A stretch of DNA of 38,425 bases from a virus. Below the pieces are notes generated by a model. The model worked only from the letters and a program-made list of their open reading frames with translations. It had not been told where the DNA came from and did no database searches. The stretch lies in the UHGV virus genome UHGV-0222321; one strand, written 5' to 3'. The position numbers were made by a program, and so were the translations under genes. Shown piece after piece: positions 7,919 through 16,899 of the stretch (its first letter is position 1; every line of letters begins with the position of its first letter).

Positions 7919-8434
7919 ATGATGACAGAAAAAGAGATTAGATTGGTAGAAGAGAGTGTCCCGCTTGCGGGGTACGTTGCGAAACGCTGGGTGAAGCAAG
8001 CTGGGATAGAGTGGGAGGATGCCCTGTCGGCAGCGGAGTATGGGCTTGTCAAGGCGGCAATGAGCTTTGAAGAGGAGCGTGGCTTCTGTTTCAGCACTTA
8101 TGCGGTACGTGTCATGGAGAATGAGATCCGGATGGAGCTGAGGAAGAGGAACAGACGAAAAAAAGTCGTGTATTTTGGGGATCCGGTCAGTGGGGCAGAA
8201 GGATTGACACTGGGAGACACGATTGCAGATACCAGAGACCATTTTGGGATGTCGGAAACAGTGCATGATCTGATCCGAAACAGAGATCTTACGGAGAAAG
8301 AGCGGGAAGCGGTACTGCTTCGGTTTCAGCATCCAGAGAAGACCCAAGAGGAATGTGGCCAGATGATTGGGATTGGACAGTCTGCGTTTTCGAAGTACCT
8401 GAACAGTGCAAGGCGGAAACTGAAAAGGGTTTAA
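7919..8434 (+). CDS. Sigma-70 family sigma factor
   Basis: GLVKAAMSFEEERGFCFSTYA (region 2); C-terminal HTH TQEECGQMIGIGQSAFS. Confidence 0.88.
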   Translation: MMTEKEIRLVEESVPLAGYVAKRWVKQAGIEWEDALSAAEYGLVKAAMSFEEERGFCFSTYAVRVMENEIRMELRKRNRRKKVVYFGDPVSGAEGLTLGDTIADTRDHFGMSETVHDLIRNRDLTEKEREAVLLRFQHPEKTQEECGQMIGIGQSAFSKYLNSARRKLKRV

Positions 8435-8498
8435 ACCAGAACAAACGAAAGGAGCCAGCCTCCGGCCGTGGCAAGGGTATACCGGGCTTCTTAGAAAA

Positions 8499-9386
8499 AT
8501 GGATAAAGAGAAAAAATCAATAGAGAGAATAAAAATGGCAAGTGAAATGAGCCTACATCACTATGGAAAACCGCTTGTTTGCACGTATAGCGGAGGTAAG
8601 GATAGTGATGTGATATTAGAGCTTTTTAAGCGATCCGAGATCCCATTTGAGGTACATAATAGCCATACCACAGCAGACGCACCCCAAACAGTTCAGCATA
8701 TTCGGAAGGTATTCCGGGCTTTGAAAATGCAGGGTATCCCGTACGAAATTGGGAAACCAACCTACGAGGGAAAAAGAACAAGCATGTGGGAACTGATACC
8801 TCAGAAACTTATGCCACCTACACGGCTTGTGAGATACTGTTGTTCTGTCTTAAAGGAAACGGGATGTAAAAATAGATATATTGCAACAGGAGTGAGATGG
8901 GATGAAAGTAATGCAAGGTCAGCCAGAGCAGAATTTGAGAAAATTGGGAAATCAAAAAAAGAGATAGTTAGATTTGATACAGTAATGTTGATGAATGATA
9001 ATACAGCATCCCGCCGAATGACAGAGTTATGTATGCAAAAGAATAAAATGGTAGTCAACCCGATTATTGATTGGACGCATACCGACGTATGGGAGTATAT
9101 CCGTTCAGAACATATTGAAACATGCGAATTGTATAAAATGGGATACGACCGTGTGGGCTGTATTGGATGCCCGATGGCGGGCAAGAAACGGTGGAAAGAA
9201 TTTGCGGACTTTCCAAAATACAAAAGCCTATATATACATGCATTTGAACGGATGCTTAAAGAGCGAAACAAAAGAGGGAAAGAAAGCAAATGGGAAACAG
9301 GGGAAGAGGTTTTTAGCTGGTGGATGGAAAATGATGATATACCAGGTCAAATGTTCTTAGATGAAATTTGTGGTGATGAGAATTAA
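8499..9386 (+). CDS. PAPS reductase family protein
   Basis: SGGKDS PP-loop, RYCC, GVRWDES, RVGCIGCP. Confidence 0.9.
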   Translation: MDKEKKSIERIKMASEMSLHHYGKPLVCTYSGGKDSDVILELFKRSEIPFEVHNSHTTADAPQTVQHIRKVFRALKMQGIPYEIGKPTYEGKRTSMWELIPQKLMPPTRLVRYCCSVLKETGCKNRYIATGVRWDESNARSARAEFEKIGKSKKEIVRFDTVMLMNDNTASRRMTELCMQKNKMVVNPIIDWTHTDVWEYIRSEHIETCELYKMGYDRVGCIGCPMAGKKRWKEFADFPKYKSLYIHAFERMLKERNKRGKESKWETGEEVFSWWMENDDIPGQMFLDEICGDEN

Positions 9387-9413
9387 AACACAACAAACGA
9401 AAGGAGATCAGAG

Positions 9414-9854
9414 ATGGAGAGATTAACAAGCAGAGATGAGAAAGGAAATCTTAATGTTGACGGAAAAGAAGTATATGCAGGATATCTGTACAATGCAGTA
9501 GCACTCCTGGAAGAATACGAAGACACCGGGCTCACCCCGGAGCAGATCATGGAGCTGAAAGAAGCAGTTCAGAAACTCGAAAATATATTCGGAGATGAAA
9601 TTACAATTAATCAGGTTATTGATTTTTTCGTTGATTTCTATATTGCACAGGGTGATCCAGACAGAGTGGAAAAAGCAGAACTGTTGACAAACGAAGAAGC
9701 TGCGAAGTGGCAGGAGCTGAAAGAGCGGGATACGGCGAAGAAACCCGTGCAAACGGAAGATGGAATGGTTTGTCCGATATGTGGTAGCAAGGCAGTTCCG
9801 TGGAGCCGGTTCTGCGATGAATGTGGACAGAGATGGTGGGAAAAGGAGGACTGA
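9414..9854 (+). CDS. Hypothetical phage protein with C-terminal zinc ribbon
   Basis: MERLT...YEDTGLTPEQI; CPICG...CDECGQ. Confidence 0.8.
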   Translation: MERLTSRDEKGNLNVDGKEVYAGYLYNAVALLEEYEDTGLTPEQIMELKEAVQKLENIFGDEITINQVIDFFVDFYIAQGDPDRVEKAELLTNEEAAKWQELKERDTAKKPVQTEDGMVCPICGSKAVPWSRFCDECGQRWWEKED

Positions 9855-9855
9855 C

Positions 9856-10038
9856 ATGACAGTAAAAGAGCTGGAAGAATTTTTAAAGAATGTGAATGAT
9901 AAAAGTAAAACAGTGTATTTCTATCATCAAGAAGATAATCCATTTAATGATGGGATTGGGACAGTAAATGTGTTTGAAGTATCGAAAGACGAAGAGAATA
10001 CAGGAAACTTTGAGGGTGTATACATACAGGGATGTTAA
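9856..10038 (+). CDS. Hypothetical protein (60 aa)
   Basis: MTVKELEEFL; SD AAGGAGG. Confidence 0.75.
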   Translation: MTVKELEEFLKNVNDKSKTVYFYHQEDNPFNDGIGTVNVFEVSKDEENTGNFEGVYIQGC

Positions 10039-10050
10039 AGGAGGACTGAC

Positions 10051-10413
10051 ATGTTAGAGAAGATTCTGGAAGAGATAATAGAGCAACTAAAGGCAGAGGG
10101 ATGCATTATAGATAATGATGCAGGACATAGAGCGGTAGATATCATCCGCAAGCACACGAATGACGGCTGGATTCCGGTGGAGGAGCGTCTGCCGGATGAA
10201 AACGGGATATATCTTGCAACATGTGATGATGCAGAAGTTCCGGTTAAACAGATGCGATATGAAAAAGATGTAAAACCTAATGGATTATTTTATGACGTTT
10301 ACGGAATATATGACGGGAAAGTGTATGCTTGGCGACCTCTTCCAGATTTATACCGATCGGAGAAAGGAGCAGAAATTGAAACGAAACAGAATGGAGCACG
10401 AAAAGAAGATTGA
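10051..10413 (+). CDS. DUF551-like protein
   Basis: WIPVEERLP...VYAWRPLP. Confidence 0.85.
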   Translation: MLEKILEEIIEQLKAEGCIIDNDAGHRAVDIIRKHTNDGWIPVEERLPDENGIYLATCDDAEVPVKQMRYEKDVKPNGLFYDVYGIYDGKVYAWRPLPDLYRSEKGAEIETKQNGARKED

Positions 10414-10576
10414 TACAGCGAATCACTATGACTGCTTGGAGACGGATGTGCGGGAAGATGCCAGGAAGAACTTCAAACGTCAGCCGTATAAGTCGGTTGA
10501 TGTGGCACAGTACATAGCGAAAAAGTTCGGGATTGGAGGTGATGCCGATGGACGGAGAACAGAAAACCATGAGTGA
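10376..10576 (+). CDS. Hypothetical protein
   Basis: TTG start with SD AAAGGAG. Confidence 0.6.
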   Translation: MKRNRMEHEKKIDTANHYDCLETDVREDARKNFKRQPYKSVDVAQYIAKKFGIGGDADGRRTENHE

Positions 10577-11015
10577 AAATGACAAGAAAAAGGAATATCT
10601 ACGGAGCTACCGACAGTATGTCAGAAGAATTCATAGAATCAATGCGGAGATTGCGGAACTTAGATCTATGAAAATGTATCCAGGGATGATGTTTAATGAT
10701 GGGATGCCGCATGGCAGCGGAGGGCAGGGGGATTTATCAGGATATGCAGCAGATCTGGACGAAATGATTCTGAAGTTGCAGCACGAGCGGTATCTCAGGA
10801 TCAAAACATACCAGCAGATTGTAAGGAAAATCAAGAAGCTGAGATCCGAGAATGAGAAGGACATACTTTTCTATCGCTACATAACCGGACTCGACTGGTG
10901 GGAGATTGCGGAAAAAATGAGTTTTTCAGAAAGATGGATATATAAACTTCATGGAAGAGCACTTGCACATTTTGAATTACCAAAAGAGTTCATAGAAGTT
11001 CAGTCGGATATGTGA
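10548..11015 (+). CDS. RinA/ArpU-like late transcriptional activator
   Basis: KKEYLRSY; RYITGLDWWEIAEKMSFSERWIYKLHGRAL HTH; last gene before the packaging region. Confidence 0.85.
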   Translation: MDGEQKTMSENDKKKEYLRSYRQYVRRIHRINAEIAELRSMKMYPGMMFNDGMPHGSGGQGDLSGYAADLDEMILKLQHERYLRIKTYQQIVRKIKKLRSENEKDILFYRYITGLDWWEIAEKMSFSERWIYKLHGRALAHFELPKEFIEVQSDM

Positions 11016-11020
11016 TATTA
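10986..11020 (+). promoter_or_regulatory. Putative activator-dependent late promoter
   Basis: AGTTCA direct repeats and extended -10 TGATATTAT at the end of the activator gene. Confidence 0.45.
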
Positions 11021-11048
11021 TGATATCATCGAAAAGAAACAAAAGGGG

Positions 11049-11082
11049 AAGCACCTTACCAGAAATGACAGGGTGCTTCTTT
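11049..11082 (+). terminator. Intrinsic terminator
   Basis: GAAGCACC...GGTGCTTC followed by TTT. Confidence 0.55.
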
Positions 11083-11127
11083 GCGCACCTCGTGAATCTC
11101 AAAATACGTATTATATGTATAAAAGTA

Positions 11128-11156
11128 TTGACAATACGTGCAATACGTGTTATTAT
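11128..11156 (+). promoter_or_regulatory. hicAB promoter with ATACGT operator-like repeats
   Basis: TTGACA-17-TATTAT. Confidence 0.75.
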
Positions 11157-11177
11157 ATAATCACAAGGAGGGATTAA

Positions 11178-11360
11178 ATGAGATTCAGAGAAATGGATAA
11201 GATACTTAAGGAAGACGGGTGGTACGAAGTTTCACAGAGAGGCTCTCATCACCAGTATAAACATCCAACAAAGCCGGGAAAGGTTACAGTACCGGAACAC
11301 GGAGGGAAGGACATAAACCTTACAGTAGCAAAGAAAATATTAAAACAGGCGGGGCTGTAA
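11178..11360 (+). CDS. hicA: HicA toxin (mRNA interferase)
   Basis: GWYEVSQRGSHHQYKHPTKPGKVTVPEH. Confidence 0.95.
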   Translation: MRFREMDKILKEDGWYEVSQRGSHHQYKHPTKPGKVTVPEHGGKDINLTVAKKILKQAGL

Positions 11361-11399
11361 AGCCCCAGTGCCTGAAAGATGAAAGAAAGAGGTGTGCTT

Positions 11400-11801
11400 A
11401 TGAAATTAGTTTATCCAGCAGTATTTACTCCATATGAAGACGAGTCCGGTGGATACGCAGTAGAATTTCCAGATCTTACTGGATGCGTAACGGGAGGAGA
11501 CAGTATGGCAGAAGCTGTATTTATGGCAGAAGATGCCGCAAGCGGATGGGTACTGACAGAACTTGAAGACGGAAATAAAGCACCGGAAGCAACCGCAATC
11601 AATGAGGTTGCAACGGAAGAAGGGCAGTTCGTGAGTCTGATTGCTCTGGATATGGACGCATACGCAGCAAAATACGGAAGCAACGCAGTCAAGAAAACAT
11701 TGACAATTCCTGCATGGCTGAATACATTTGTAGAACAGAATGGAATAAGCTGTTCAAAAGTATTGCAGGATGCGCTTAGCAAAATGGCGCAGGTAAGATA
11801 A
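11400..11801 (+). CDS. hicB: HicB antitoxin
   Basis: YPAVF...FPDLTGCVTGG...VKKTLTIPAWLN. Confidence 0.95.
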   Translation: MKLVYPAVFTPYEDESGGYAVEFPDLTGCVTGGDSMAEAVFMAEDAASGWVLTELEDGNKAPEATAINEVATEEGQFVSLIALDMDAYAAKYGSNAVKKTLTIPAWLNTFVEQNGISCSKVLQDALSKMAQVR

Positions 11802-11824
11802 TAATCGAATCTCATTTAAGGCAT

Positions 11825-11856
11825 AAAGCATCTGACAAAGGTCAGGTGCTTTTTTA
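11825..11856 (+). terminator. Intrinsic terminator after hicB
   Basis: AAAGCATCTGAC-AAAG-GTCAGGTGCTTT followed by T run. Confidence 0.75.
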
Positions 11857-11859
11857 TAG

Positions 11860-11931
11860 GGGAACGTAGCGCAATGGAAGAGCAAACGGCTTATATCCGG
11901 GCGGTTGCAGGTTCGAGTCCTGCCGTTCCTA
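11860..11931 (+). tRNA. tRNA-Ile (anticodon TAT), possibly degenerate
   Basis: Acceptor GGGAACG/CGTTCCT, D arm GCGC/GAGC, loop CT-TAT-AT, T arm GCAGG-TTCGAGT-CCTGC; only 3 of 5 anticodon-stem pairs; no encoded CCA. Confidence 0.8.
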
Positions 11932-12044
11932 TTGGGTGCAGTGGTTGATAGACCAATCGAAGAACGAGTGAGCAAAGAGCATCCAGTTTTCCGGATGCTT
12001 TTTACATGTAGTAAATTAATATGAGAATAGTTAAGGAGATTTAC

Positions 12045-12377
12045 ATGACAGATCAGGAAGTAAAGCAGGTCTATAATTCGGCGCGATGGCAGCGGGTCAG
12101 AGATAGGATACTGATAAGAGATCGATACGAATGTCAGGATTGTATTCAAAGGTTGCGGACGGCAGCAGAAAAAGAAGAAAGATTATTCGGGGAAGATGCA
12201 AAGATCCGGAGGGCGACACAGGTCCATCATATCAAGGAACTAAAAGAAAATCCGGAGCTTGCATTTGATGAAGAGAATCTGATTAGCTTATGTACACAGT
12301 GTCACAACATAAGGCATGGGAGACAACCAAAAAGATTTGTGAAAAAGAAAGAACCAGTCACAGAAGAAAAATGGTAG
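12045..12377 (+). CDS. Terminase-associated HNH endonuclease
   Basis: RDRYECQDC...VHHI...NLISLCTQCHNIRH. Confidence 0.92.
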   Translation: MTDQEVKQVYNSARWQRVRDRILIRDRYECQDCIQRLRTAAEKEERLFGEDAKIRRATQVHHIKELKENPELAFDEENLISLCTQCHNIRHGRQPKRFVKKKEPVTEEKW

Positions 12378-12402
12378 AAAAATTTCGGAACAAAAAAGAA
12401 AT

Positions 12403-12488
12403 CCCCCCGGGTGAATTCTCAATGAAAAATTTTTTAGTGGAGAACGGGGATGTGGGTATGACTCTGGAGAAATTTTCGCGCGCGCGTG
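12403..12488. other. Putative cos region
   Basis: CCCCCCGG...CGCGCGCGCG intergenic segment after HNH, as in HNH/cos-type phages; exact cut not determinable. Confidence 0.5.
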
Positions 12489-12500
12489 AAAGGGGTATAT

Positions 12501-12896
12501 ATGATTATATGTGTATGTGGAATGATTGCAAGTGGAAAGAGTACATGGTGTGAAAAGCAAGGAGGAATTATCAGCGATTATGATTTAATCGGTGATAAAA
12601 ACGAACAGATAAAATTTACGTTGAATATGGACAATAAAGGGGAAGATGTGTTTCATATTACCTGTTTTCCAACCCCCAAAGAGCGGGAAATGTTTACGGA
12701 TAGAAATGTGAAATATGTATGGATTAATACAAGTTGGGAACAGTGTTATGAAAATATATTCAGGAGAAACAGGAAGAGGGATATAAAAAATATAGAATGT
12801 ACATTATCTTCCAATGAAGATATTTATGAAAAATATCAACATTCAAATATACAATTTGAGATAATTGATGTGTTCCCTACAGAAGAAAAATGGTAA
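12501..12896 (+). CDS. Small P-loop NTPase/kinase-like protein
   Basis: IICVCGMIASGKSTW Walker A. Confidence 0.8.
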   Translation: MIICVCGMIASGKSTWCEKQGGIISDYDLIGDKNEQIKFTLNMDNKGEDVFHITCFPTPKEREMFTDRNVKYVWINTSWEQCYENIFRRNRKRDIKNIECTLSSNEDIYEKYQHSNIQFEIIDVFPTEEKW

Positions 12897-12926
12897 AAGA
12901 TATCTGACGCAAAGGGAGGTGGTAGT

Positions 12927-13235
12927 GTGACAAAAACAGAGATTAAAGAATCGCTTTTAGAACAGTTAAGATTACAGAATAAAACATCCGATTTTTATCT
13001 GGATCTGGTTAGTGATTACATGGATTACTGGAGTCTAAAAAAGAAGTTGATTACAGATATCCGGAAAAAAGGAATCCGGTACGACACGGTTAATGGAAAT
13101 GGTATCAAGGTCGAAAAACCCAATGAATCCGTGACAAATCTGCCAAAGATCACAACTGCCATGCTGAAAATATTAAATGATCTGAATTTAAAAGAACCTC
13201 TTTCAAATTCTTCAGCAGAGGATGATTATCTGTAA
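12927..13235 (+). CDS. terS: Terminase small subunit (P27-like)
   Basis: DLVSDYM...K.N.SV..L......MLKIL; directly upstream of terL. Confidence 0.85.
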   Translation: MTKTEIKESLLEQLRLQNKTSDFYLDLVSDYMDYWSLKKKLITDIRKKGIRYDTVNGNGIKVEKPNESVTNLPKITTAMLKILNDLNLKEPLSNSSAEDDYL

Positions 13236-14890
13236 TGATTAATTGCAAAGAAATTGAAGAATATCTTAGGTATGTAGAGGATAACCCTAAAAAAATAAAT
13301 CGGGAGAGATCGCTTCTGATCAAGAACATCGTTTTGCCGACATTACGGAGAAATGATGTTTTTTTTGATGAAAAAACATATCAAAACTGTTTAAAATATT
13401 GCGAAAAACACTACTATAAGCTCTTTCCATATCAGAAATTCATCTATGCCTTTGCCTTTATGTATGTGGGCGACATGCCGGTATTTCAAAAGTTTTTTAT
13501 TATGATGGGAAGAGGGAATGGGAAAGATGGATTTATAGTGCCGCTGGTCAATTTTTTCCAGACACCATTATATGGGGTGAAGAATTATCATGTAGAGATT
13601 GTGGCAAATTCGGAACAGCAGGTAAAATATACCTTTAAAGTAGCGTATGATGCGATGAATATTCCAGCCATGAAAGGAAAGTTCAAAGTTACGAAAGAAT
13701 TAATTACAAACACAGCAACTGGATCAGAAATGAGGTATAACACATCAAATGCGGCGACAAAAGATGGGAAACGTCCAGGGTGTCTGGTTTTAAATGAAAT
13801 TCATGCTTATGAAAATTATGACCAGATCAATGTATTTGAATCCGCGCTTGGAAAGGTAAAGCATCCAAGGGAATTTATCTTGACTACAAATGGGTATGTA
13901 CGAGAGGGGCCAATGGATGAATTGTTGGATCTGATGGAGGAAGTACTGGAAACCGGAGAAAACCAGTTAGGATATTTCCCCTTTATCTGCAAGATTGACG
14001 GTATTGAGGAAGCGGATGATCGGTTAGCATGGCATAAGCCAAATCCTTCAATGGAATATATGCCGATTTTGGAGCACCAGATCCTTCAGGATTATCTGGA
14101 AATGAAAAAGCTGCCAAGCAAAAGGCCGGAGTTTATGACAAAGAGGATGAACTGGCCTGACAGGAATGATGAAGCAACAGTAGCTTCCTGGGAAAATATT
14201 TTGCGATGCTGTTATTCGGATATCAAAAAGAAGACAATACGGGAGACACCGGATACCCAAGAGAGGCTTGCGGTCATTGGGATTGATTATGCAGATGTTA
14301 GGGATTTTGCGTCAGCAGGAGTTTTGACGGAGAAAGATGGAGAATATATCTGGAGACAACACACATGGATATGTGAGGAGTCCCCGTTTTTAAAATCCAT
14401 TAAATTTCCAATATTTCAAAATATGGGACAGCCGGAATTTTCGGATTATGAGATCACACCAGGACAGGTAATTCCTCCAGAAAATATAGTGCGGTGGTGT
14501 ATGGATCGAATGAATGAATATTATGTACTTAAAATTACAATGGATACATACAGATACTCATTGTTTCGGATGTTATTTGAGTCTTATGGAATTCGCGAAG
14601 AAACAAAAAAAGACCCGTATGGGCAGATGCGGCTCATAAGGAAGATTGGATCCGTGTGTGGGATTATAGCACCGGAGATAGAAAAGCTGTTTGCGGAAGG
14701 GAGGATTAATTATGGAGCGTCTGCCATTATGCGGTGGTATACCAATAATACAGAGGTGTTGACAGATCGGTATGGAAACAAGCAGTATGGGAAAATAGAA
14801 CCGAAGCTAAGAAAAAATGATGGGTTTATGGCGTTTCTGGTATCGATGTATTCCAAGGATTTAATAAAGGAGAAAGTGGTATATGTTTGA
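13235..14890 (+). CDS. terL: Terminase large subunit
   Basis: MGRGNGKD Walker A, LNEIH Walker B, GIDYA...D and KNDG nuclease motifs. Confidence 0.95.
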   Translation: MINCKEIEEYLRYVEDNPKKINRERSLLIKNIVLPTLRRNDVFFDEKTYQNCLKYCEKHYYKLFPYQKFIYAFAFMYVGDMPVFQKFFIMMGRGNGKDGFIVPLVNFFQTPLYGVKNYHVEIVANSEQQVKYTFKVAYDAMNIPAMKGKFKVTKELITNTATGSEMRYNTSNAATKDGKRPGCLVLNEIHAYENYDQINVFESALGKVKHPREFILTTNGYVREGPMDELLDLMEEVLETGENQLGYFPFICKIDGIEEADDRLAWHKPNPSMEYMPILEHQILQDYLEMKKLPSKRPEFMTKRMNWPDRNDEATVASWENILRCCYSDIKKKTIRETPDTQERLAVIGIDYADVRDFASAGVLTEKDGEYIWRQHTWICEESPFLKSIKFPIFQNMGQPEFSDYEITPGQVIPPENIVRWCMDRMNEYYVLKITMDTYRYSLFRMLFESYGIREETKKDPYGQMRLIRKIGSVCGIIAPEIEKLFAEGRINYGASAIMRWYTNNTEVLTDRYGNKQYGKIEPKLRKNDGFMAFLVSMYSKDLIKEKVVYV

Positions 14891-16052
14891 TTTCTTATTT
14901 CAAAACAAAAAAGGAGATTTGGTATCATATACAGATAGCATTACCGTAAACATTAAAAAGCTTGAAGTAGCAAAAATGGCTATTGAAAAGGCGGTAGGAA
15001 TGATCGCACATGCAATAGCGAAAAGCGAGTTTATCGTCAATAGAAAAGGGAAAAGAGAAAAGGATCATATTTACTGGCTGCTGAATATTCGGCCAAATCC
15101 AAATGAAACGGCCACGGATTTCTGGATTGAAGCTATCCGGCGTTTGTTGCTTGATGAGGAGTGTGTGATTTGCTATGTAGGAAATCATCTATACATTGCG
15201 GATTCATTTACAGTAAATAATTCTGTTATGGTCCCAGAGACCTATAGTAATGTCACGATTATATCCAATGATAATACAATAAAACTGCAAAGGGGGTTTA
15301 CATCAAATGAGATTATCCATCTTAGGAGCAGAAACAAAAAAATTATAGGGTTTCTTGAAAAAGTGTTAAATATTTATAATAGCACGATCAGTGCAATGTG
15401 CGCGGCCAAGAAGACCTCAAGTATTCCAAGATATACGTTGGATATAGAGGGATCGATGCCGGCGATTCATACAAAAGACAAAGAAGGAAAACCAAAAGTT
15501 GTTACAATCGACCAATATAAATCTGACATTAAAAAGTTGTTAGAATCAGATGAAATAGAAGTGCTTACAAATTCGTCAGGACTAAAAGTGTCCCAACTTC
15601 AGGCACAGACAAACGTATCCAGTGAGGATATCGTAAAGCTGGCAAATGAAATCATGGTAGAGTGTGCATTTGCTTTTGATATTCCAAAAGCGGTCTTTCT
15701 TGGAGAAATCACAGAAAAAGCAGATAGTACCAATGAATTTATTACCTATGCTGTAGGATGGATCGTGGAATTGCTGAATGATTCATTGAACGCAAAACTG
15801 GTAGGAGAAGAAGACTATCTGAAAGGCGAAATGATCTGGATTGATATGAGCAAGTATAAACATGTCGATATTATTGAGAGCGCGGCCAATTTGGATAAGT
15901 TGAGAAGCATCGGATTCAATTTTGATGAGGTACGGGAAATGGCAGGCTGGGAATCTTTGAATACGGAGTTTAGCAAGCAGAGAGTAATTACAAAGAATTA
16001 TACCAATGATCTGGGAGGTGAGAAGAGTGGAAAAGAAAATGCGGACAATTAA
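14883..16052 (+). CDS. Portal protein (HK97-like)
   Basis: LLNIRPNPNETATDFW; position. Confidence 0.93.
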   Translation: MFDFLFQNKKGDLVSYTDSITVNIKKLEVAKMAIEKAVGMIAHAIAKSEFIVNRKGKREKDHIYWLLNIRPNPNETATDFWIEAIRRLLLDEECVICYVGNHLYIADSFTVNNSVMVPETYSNVTIISNDNTIKLQRGFTSNEIIHLRSRNKKIIGFLEKVLNIYNSTISAMCAAKKTSSIPRYTLDIEGSMPAIHTKDKEGKPKVVTIDQYKSDIKKLLESDEIEVLTNSSGLKVSQLQAQTNVSSEDIVKLANEIMVECAFAFDIPKAVFLGEITEKADSTNEFITYAVGWIVELLNDSLNAKLVGEEDYLKGEMIWIDMSKYKHVDIIESAANLDKLRSIGFNFDEVREMAGWESLNTEFSKQRVITKNYTNDLGGEKSGKENADN

Positions 16053-16139
16053 AAACTTAGAGGGAAGGAGGTGATCCGGTGGTCTCCCAACTGTGGGTGA
16101 AACAGTAAATAACGCTTAGGAAAGGAGAAATAAGGCAAG

Positions 16140-16895
16140 ATGCAGAAATACTATTCCCTGGAAACAGCCGGGAAAGAAGCGGATCTCTATATCTTCGGAA
16201 AGATTACGAGTTGGCCGTGGAATGAAAAAGACAAAGATGCTTATGGAATTGTCAAAGAACTTCAAGAATTAGAGGTTGAGACAGTGAATGTCCACATCAA
16301 TTCTTATGGGGGAGATGTGGCAGAAGGTCTGGCAATTTATAATGTCCTGAAAAACAGTAACGCAAAAGTGCGGACCTATTGTGACGGATTTGCGTGTTCC
16401 GCAGCATCTGTTATATTTATGGCAGGGGAAGAACGAGTGATGAATGACGCTTCCCTTCTTATGATTCATAATGCGTGGACATATGGAGCGGGAAACGCGA
16501 ATGATTTCAGAAAACAAGCAGATGATTTGGATAAGATTACCCAGGCGTCTGTCAATGCGTACATGAGTAGATGTACGATTACCGAAGAAGAAGTCAAGCA
16601 GCTCATGGATGACGAAACATGGTTGACAGCAAAAGAAGCCAAAGAGAAAGGATTTGCAACGGGGATCATGGATGAAAAGCCGGAAGGCGTCAGCCAGTCC
16701 GCGATGAAATGGATCCAACAGAGACTTTTATATGGATCAGAAGCGAGATTGGAAATACGGGATACTTCTGAAATCGAAAACAGGATCGCACAAAAGGTCG
16801 CTGAAAAAGTTGTGAAACAAATCAAAGAAAATAGTAAGGAACAAGGGGACAGCACTGGATTCAGTGCTTTTTTTAATTCAGGAAAAGGAGAATAA
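16140..16895 (+). CDS. ClpP-like head maturation protease
   Basis: HINSYGGDV, DGFACSAASVI, MIHN, ETWLTAKEA. Confidence 0.95.
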   Translation: MQKYYSLETAGKEADLYIFGKITSWPWNEKDKDAYGIVKELQELEVETVNVHINSYGGDVAEGLAIYNVLKNSNAKVRTYCDGFACSAASVIFMAGEERVMNDASLLMIHNAWTYGAGNANDFRKQADDLDKITQASVNAYMSRCTITEEEVKQLMDDETWLTAKEAKEKGFATGIMDEKPEGVSQSAMKWIQQRLLYGSEARLEIRDTSEIENRIAQKVAEKVVKQIKENSKEQGDSTGFSAFFNSGKGE

Positions 16896-16899
16896 AAGA

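Noticed and set aside
13786..13806. TerL Walker B with NE instead of DE; also ImmA EELGH instead of HELGH
   Set aside because: Both look like variants I recall from these phage families, not evidence of inactivation
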